This document shows, one piece after another, positions 62,360-64,000 of a stretch of DNA of 64,000 bases. The position numbers were made by a program, and so were the translations under genes. This DNA is from Utricularia gibba (taxonomy: Eukaryota > Plantae > Magnoliophyta), in the NCBI GenBank assembly GCA_002189035.1, contig NEEC01000009.1, positions 2,914,001 through 2,978,000 on the forward strand, written 5' to 3'. The notes beneath the pieces were generated by a model that saw only the letters and a program-made list of their open reading frames with translations, did no database searches and was not told where the DNA came from. Every line of letters starts with the position of its first letter. Position 1 is the first letter of the stretch.

Positions 62360-63910
62360 ATGCTTCGCACTAAATCCCATCTCAGAAACTGGATGGGGTT
62401 TTCATTGAAGAACAAATCCATTTTTCTACCTCACAGGACAATGCCGCCGGCTAAAGGTCAGGACTTGGATTTTGTCAATGTGGTCAGCAGTTATATAATT
62501 CATGCCGAATGGGATAAGCTAGACAAATTGGTGAATTTCTTCACACCCTTTAGAATCAAGCACATTCTGCTGAAAACCCAGAAGGATTACGTTGTGGTGT
62601 TTGAGTTTTTCAACTGGGTTGAGGTTAGGAAACCTGAATTGAACACCCTCGATGTGGCATGCATTGTTCTTCACGTTTTAACTAAATACAAGAAGTTTAG
62701 ATCAGCAAATGTTATTCTAAGGAGAATTCTTGCACATGGATCCTCTGAGTTGGATCATCCACGGAAGGTTTTTGATGCACTGGTTTATTCTTACAGAATG
62801 TGTGAGTCTTCTTCGTTTGTGTTCGATGCTTTGTTTAAAACTTATGCACATATGAAGAAGTTAAGGAATGCTTCTGATTGCTTTTGTTGGATGAAGGATT
62901 ATGGTTTTTATCCTACAGTTGTATCTTGTAATGCATATTTGAGTGCACTGAACAGTTTGAAACGCTGGGATATCACATTGGCGTTTTACAAGGAAATTCA
63001 TCGGTGTCGGATTTCACCGAATGTTTATGCCATCAACATGGCTATGGAGGCTTATTGTAAACTGGGAAAATTGGAGCTTGCTGCTGATTTGTTCAATGAA
63101 ATGGAGGGAATGGGGATACCCCGCAATGTTGTTTCATATAATACATTGATTGCAAGCTATTGCAGCAAGGGCCTAATCAGCAAAGGCTTAAAGCTGAAGA
63201 CCATGATGGAGAAAAACGGGATGCAGGCAAACTGTGTTACATATAACACGCTGATGAATGGCTTTTGCAAAGAGGGGAAGCCTCATGAAGCAAGCAGATT
63301 GATGGGAGAGATGAAAAGCAAGGGCCTTTCTGCTGCTGTTATAACTTACAACACATTGATCAGCGGATATACCGCAATGGGATACACTGCAAAAGCCACG
63401 CAGTTGTTTGAGGCAATGTCGGCCAACGGTGTTAAAGCTGACATTTTGACTTATAATGCTTTGATATCAGGGCTGTGCAAGGAGGGTAAGACAAAGAAGT
63501 CTGCATACCTGGTGAAAGAGCTTGATAAGAAAAATTTGGTACCCAATTCTTCGACTTTCGCAGCTCTTATTCAAGGGCAATGTGTGAGAAACAACGCTGA
63601 TCGTGCATTTCAGCTATACAGAAGCATGGTGAAGAGTGGGTGTCACCCGAATGAATCAACTTTCGAGATACTTATATCTGCTTTTCTTCAGAATGAAGAT
63701 TATGATGGGGCTGTTACGGTGCTGAAAGAAATGATTGACAGAGCTGTAGCTCCTTCACAGGGCACAGTGTTGAATCTGATCAGGGGACTGAACCGATGCG
63801 GAGATGTCAAACAAGCCACTGACTTGTGCAGAGAGCTGGAAAATAGGCGCCTCATCTCCAAAGAATGCCTTGAAATCCTTTGTACAGAAGATGCCAAAAA
63901 GGACACCTGA
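62360..63910 (+). CDS. P-class pentatricopeptide repeat protein, intronless, probably mitochondrial
   Basis: About 516-aa ORF from ATG 62360 with tandem 35-aa P motifs (PTVVSCNAYLSAL, PNVYAINMAMEAYCKLG, RNVVSYNTLIASYC, CVTYNTLMNGFCKEG, DILTYNALISGLCKEG). The N-terminal PHR..KGQDLDFVNV resembles Arabidopsis At4g26680 as I recall it (unverified). Confidence 0.93.
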   Translation: MLRTKSHLRNWMGFSLKNKSIFLPHRTMPPAKGQDLDFVNVVSSYIIHAEWDKLDKLVNFFTPFRIKHILLKTQKDYVVVFEFFNWVEVRKPELNTLDVACIVLHVLTKYKKFRSANVILRRILAHGSSELDHPRKVFDALVYSYRMCESSSFVFDALFKTYAHMKKLRNASDCFCWMKDYGFYPTVVSCNAYLSALNSLKRWDITLAFYKEIHRCRISPNVYAINMAMEAYCKLGKLELAADLFNEMEGMGIPRNVVSYNTLIASYCSKGLISKGLKLKTMMEKNGMQANCVTYNTLMNGFCKEGKPHEASRLMGEMKSKGLSAAVITYNTLISGYTAMGYTAKATQLFEAMSANGVKADILTYNALISGLCKEGKTKKSAYLVKELDKKNLVPNSSTFAALIQGQCVRNNADRAFQLYRSMVKSGCHPNESTFEILISAFLQNEDYDGAVTVLKEMIDRAVAPSQGTVLNLIRGLNRCGDVKQATDLCRELENRRLISKECLEILCTEDAKKDT

Positions 63911-64000
63911 AACGACCATAGTTCTTTTCTTTGAACAATATGCAGACAGCTTCACAGAATCCTTGGTGCTATACATTCTCAAGGTATGAAGAAATGTAAA

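Overview
Gene-dense nuclear DNA from a flowering plant: about 20 intron-containing or single-exon protein-coding genes in 64 kb, with short introns and AT-rich spacers. In order: LRL-type bHLH, YKT6 SNARE, TIGR04168-type metallophosphoesterase, FAD-dependent oxidoreductase, TM9SF/EMP70, pectate lyase, NBP35, HPPD, synaptotagmin-4/5, ALMT12-like channel (these ten all on the minus strand), sucrose-phosphate synthase, a Gly/Val-rich hybrid proline-rich (8CM) wall protein, PPR-DYW, plastid IF3, PR-1/CAP protein, BAHD acyltransferase, XBAT32, cN-II type 5'-nucleotidase, a second TM9SF and a P-class PPR. I found no transposase or retroelement ORF, rRNA, tRNA or CRISPR array, and I cannot support a clearly new multi-gene system. 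Best leads: (1) a secreted 8CM protein whose repeat domain is (Gly-Val)n/PKIGVG in a 249-bp higher-order repeat; (2) an HPPD with a transit-peptide-like extension and a second in-frame ATG; (3) a PR-1 plus phenolamide-type BAHD pair with a palindromic double W-box; (4) six genes each broken by a single missing base in a G/C homopolymer, most likely long-read assembly errors rather than pseudogenes. Exon boundaries were read by eye and family assignments come from recalled motifs, not searches.
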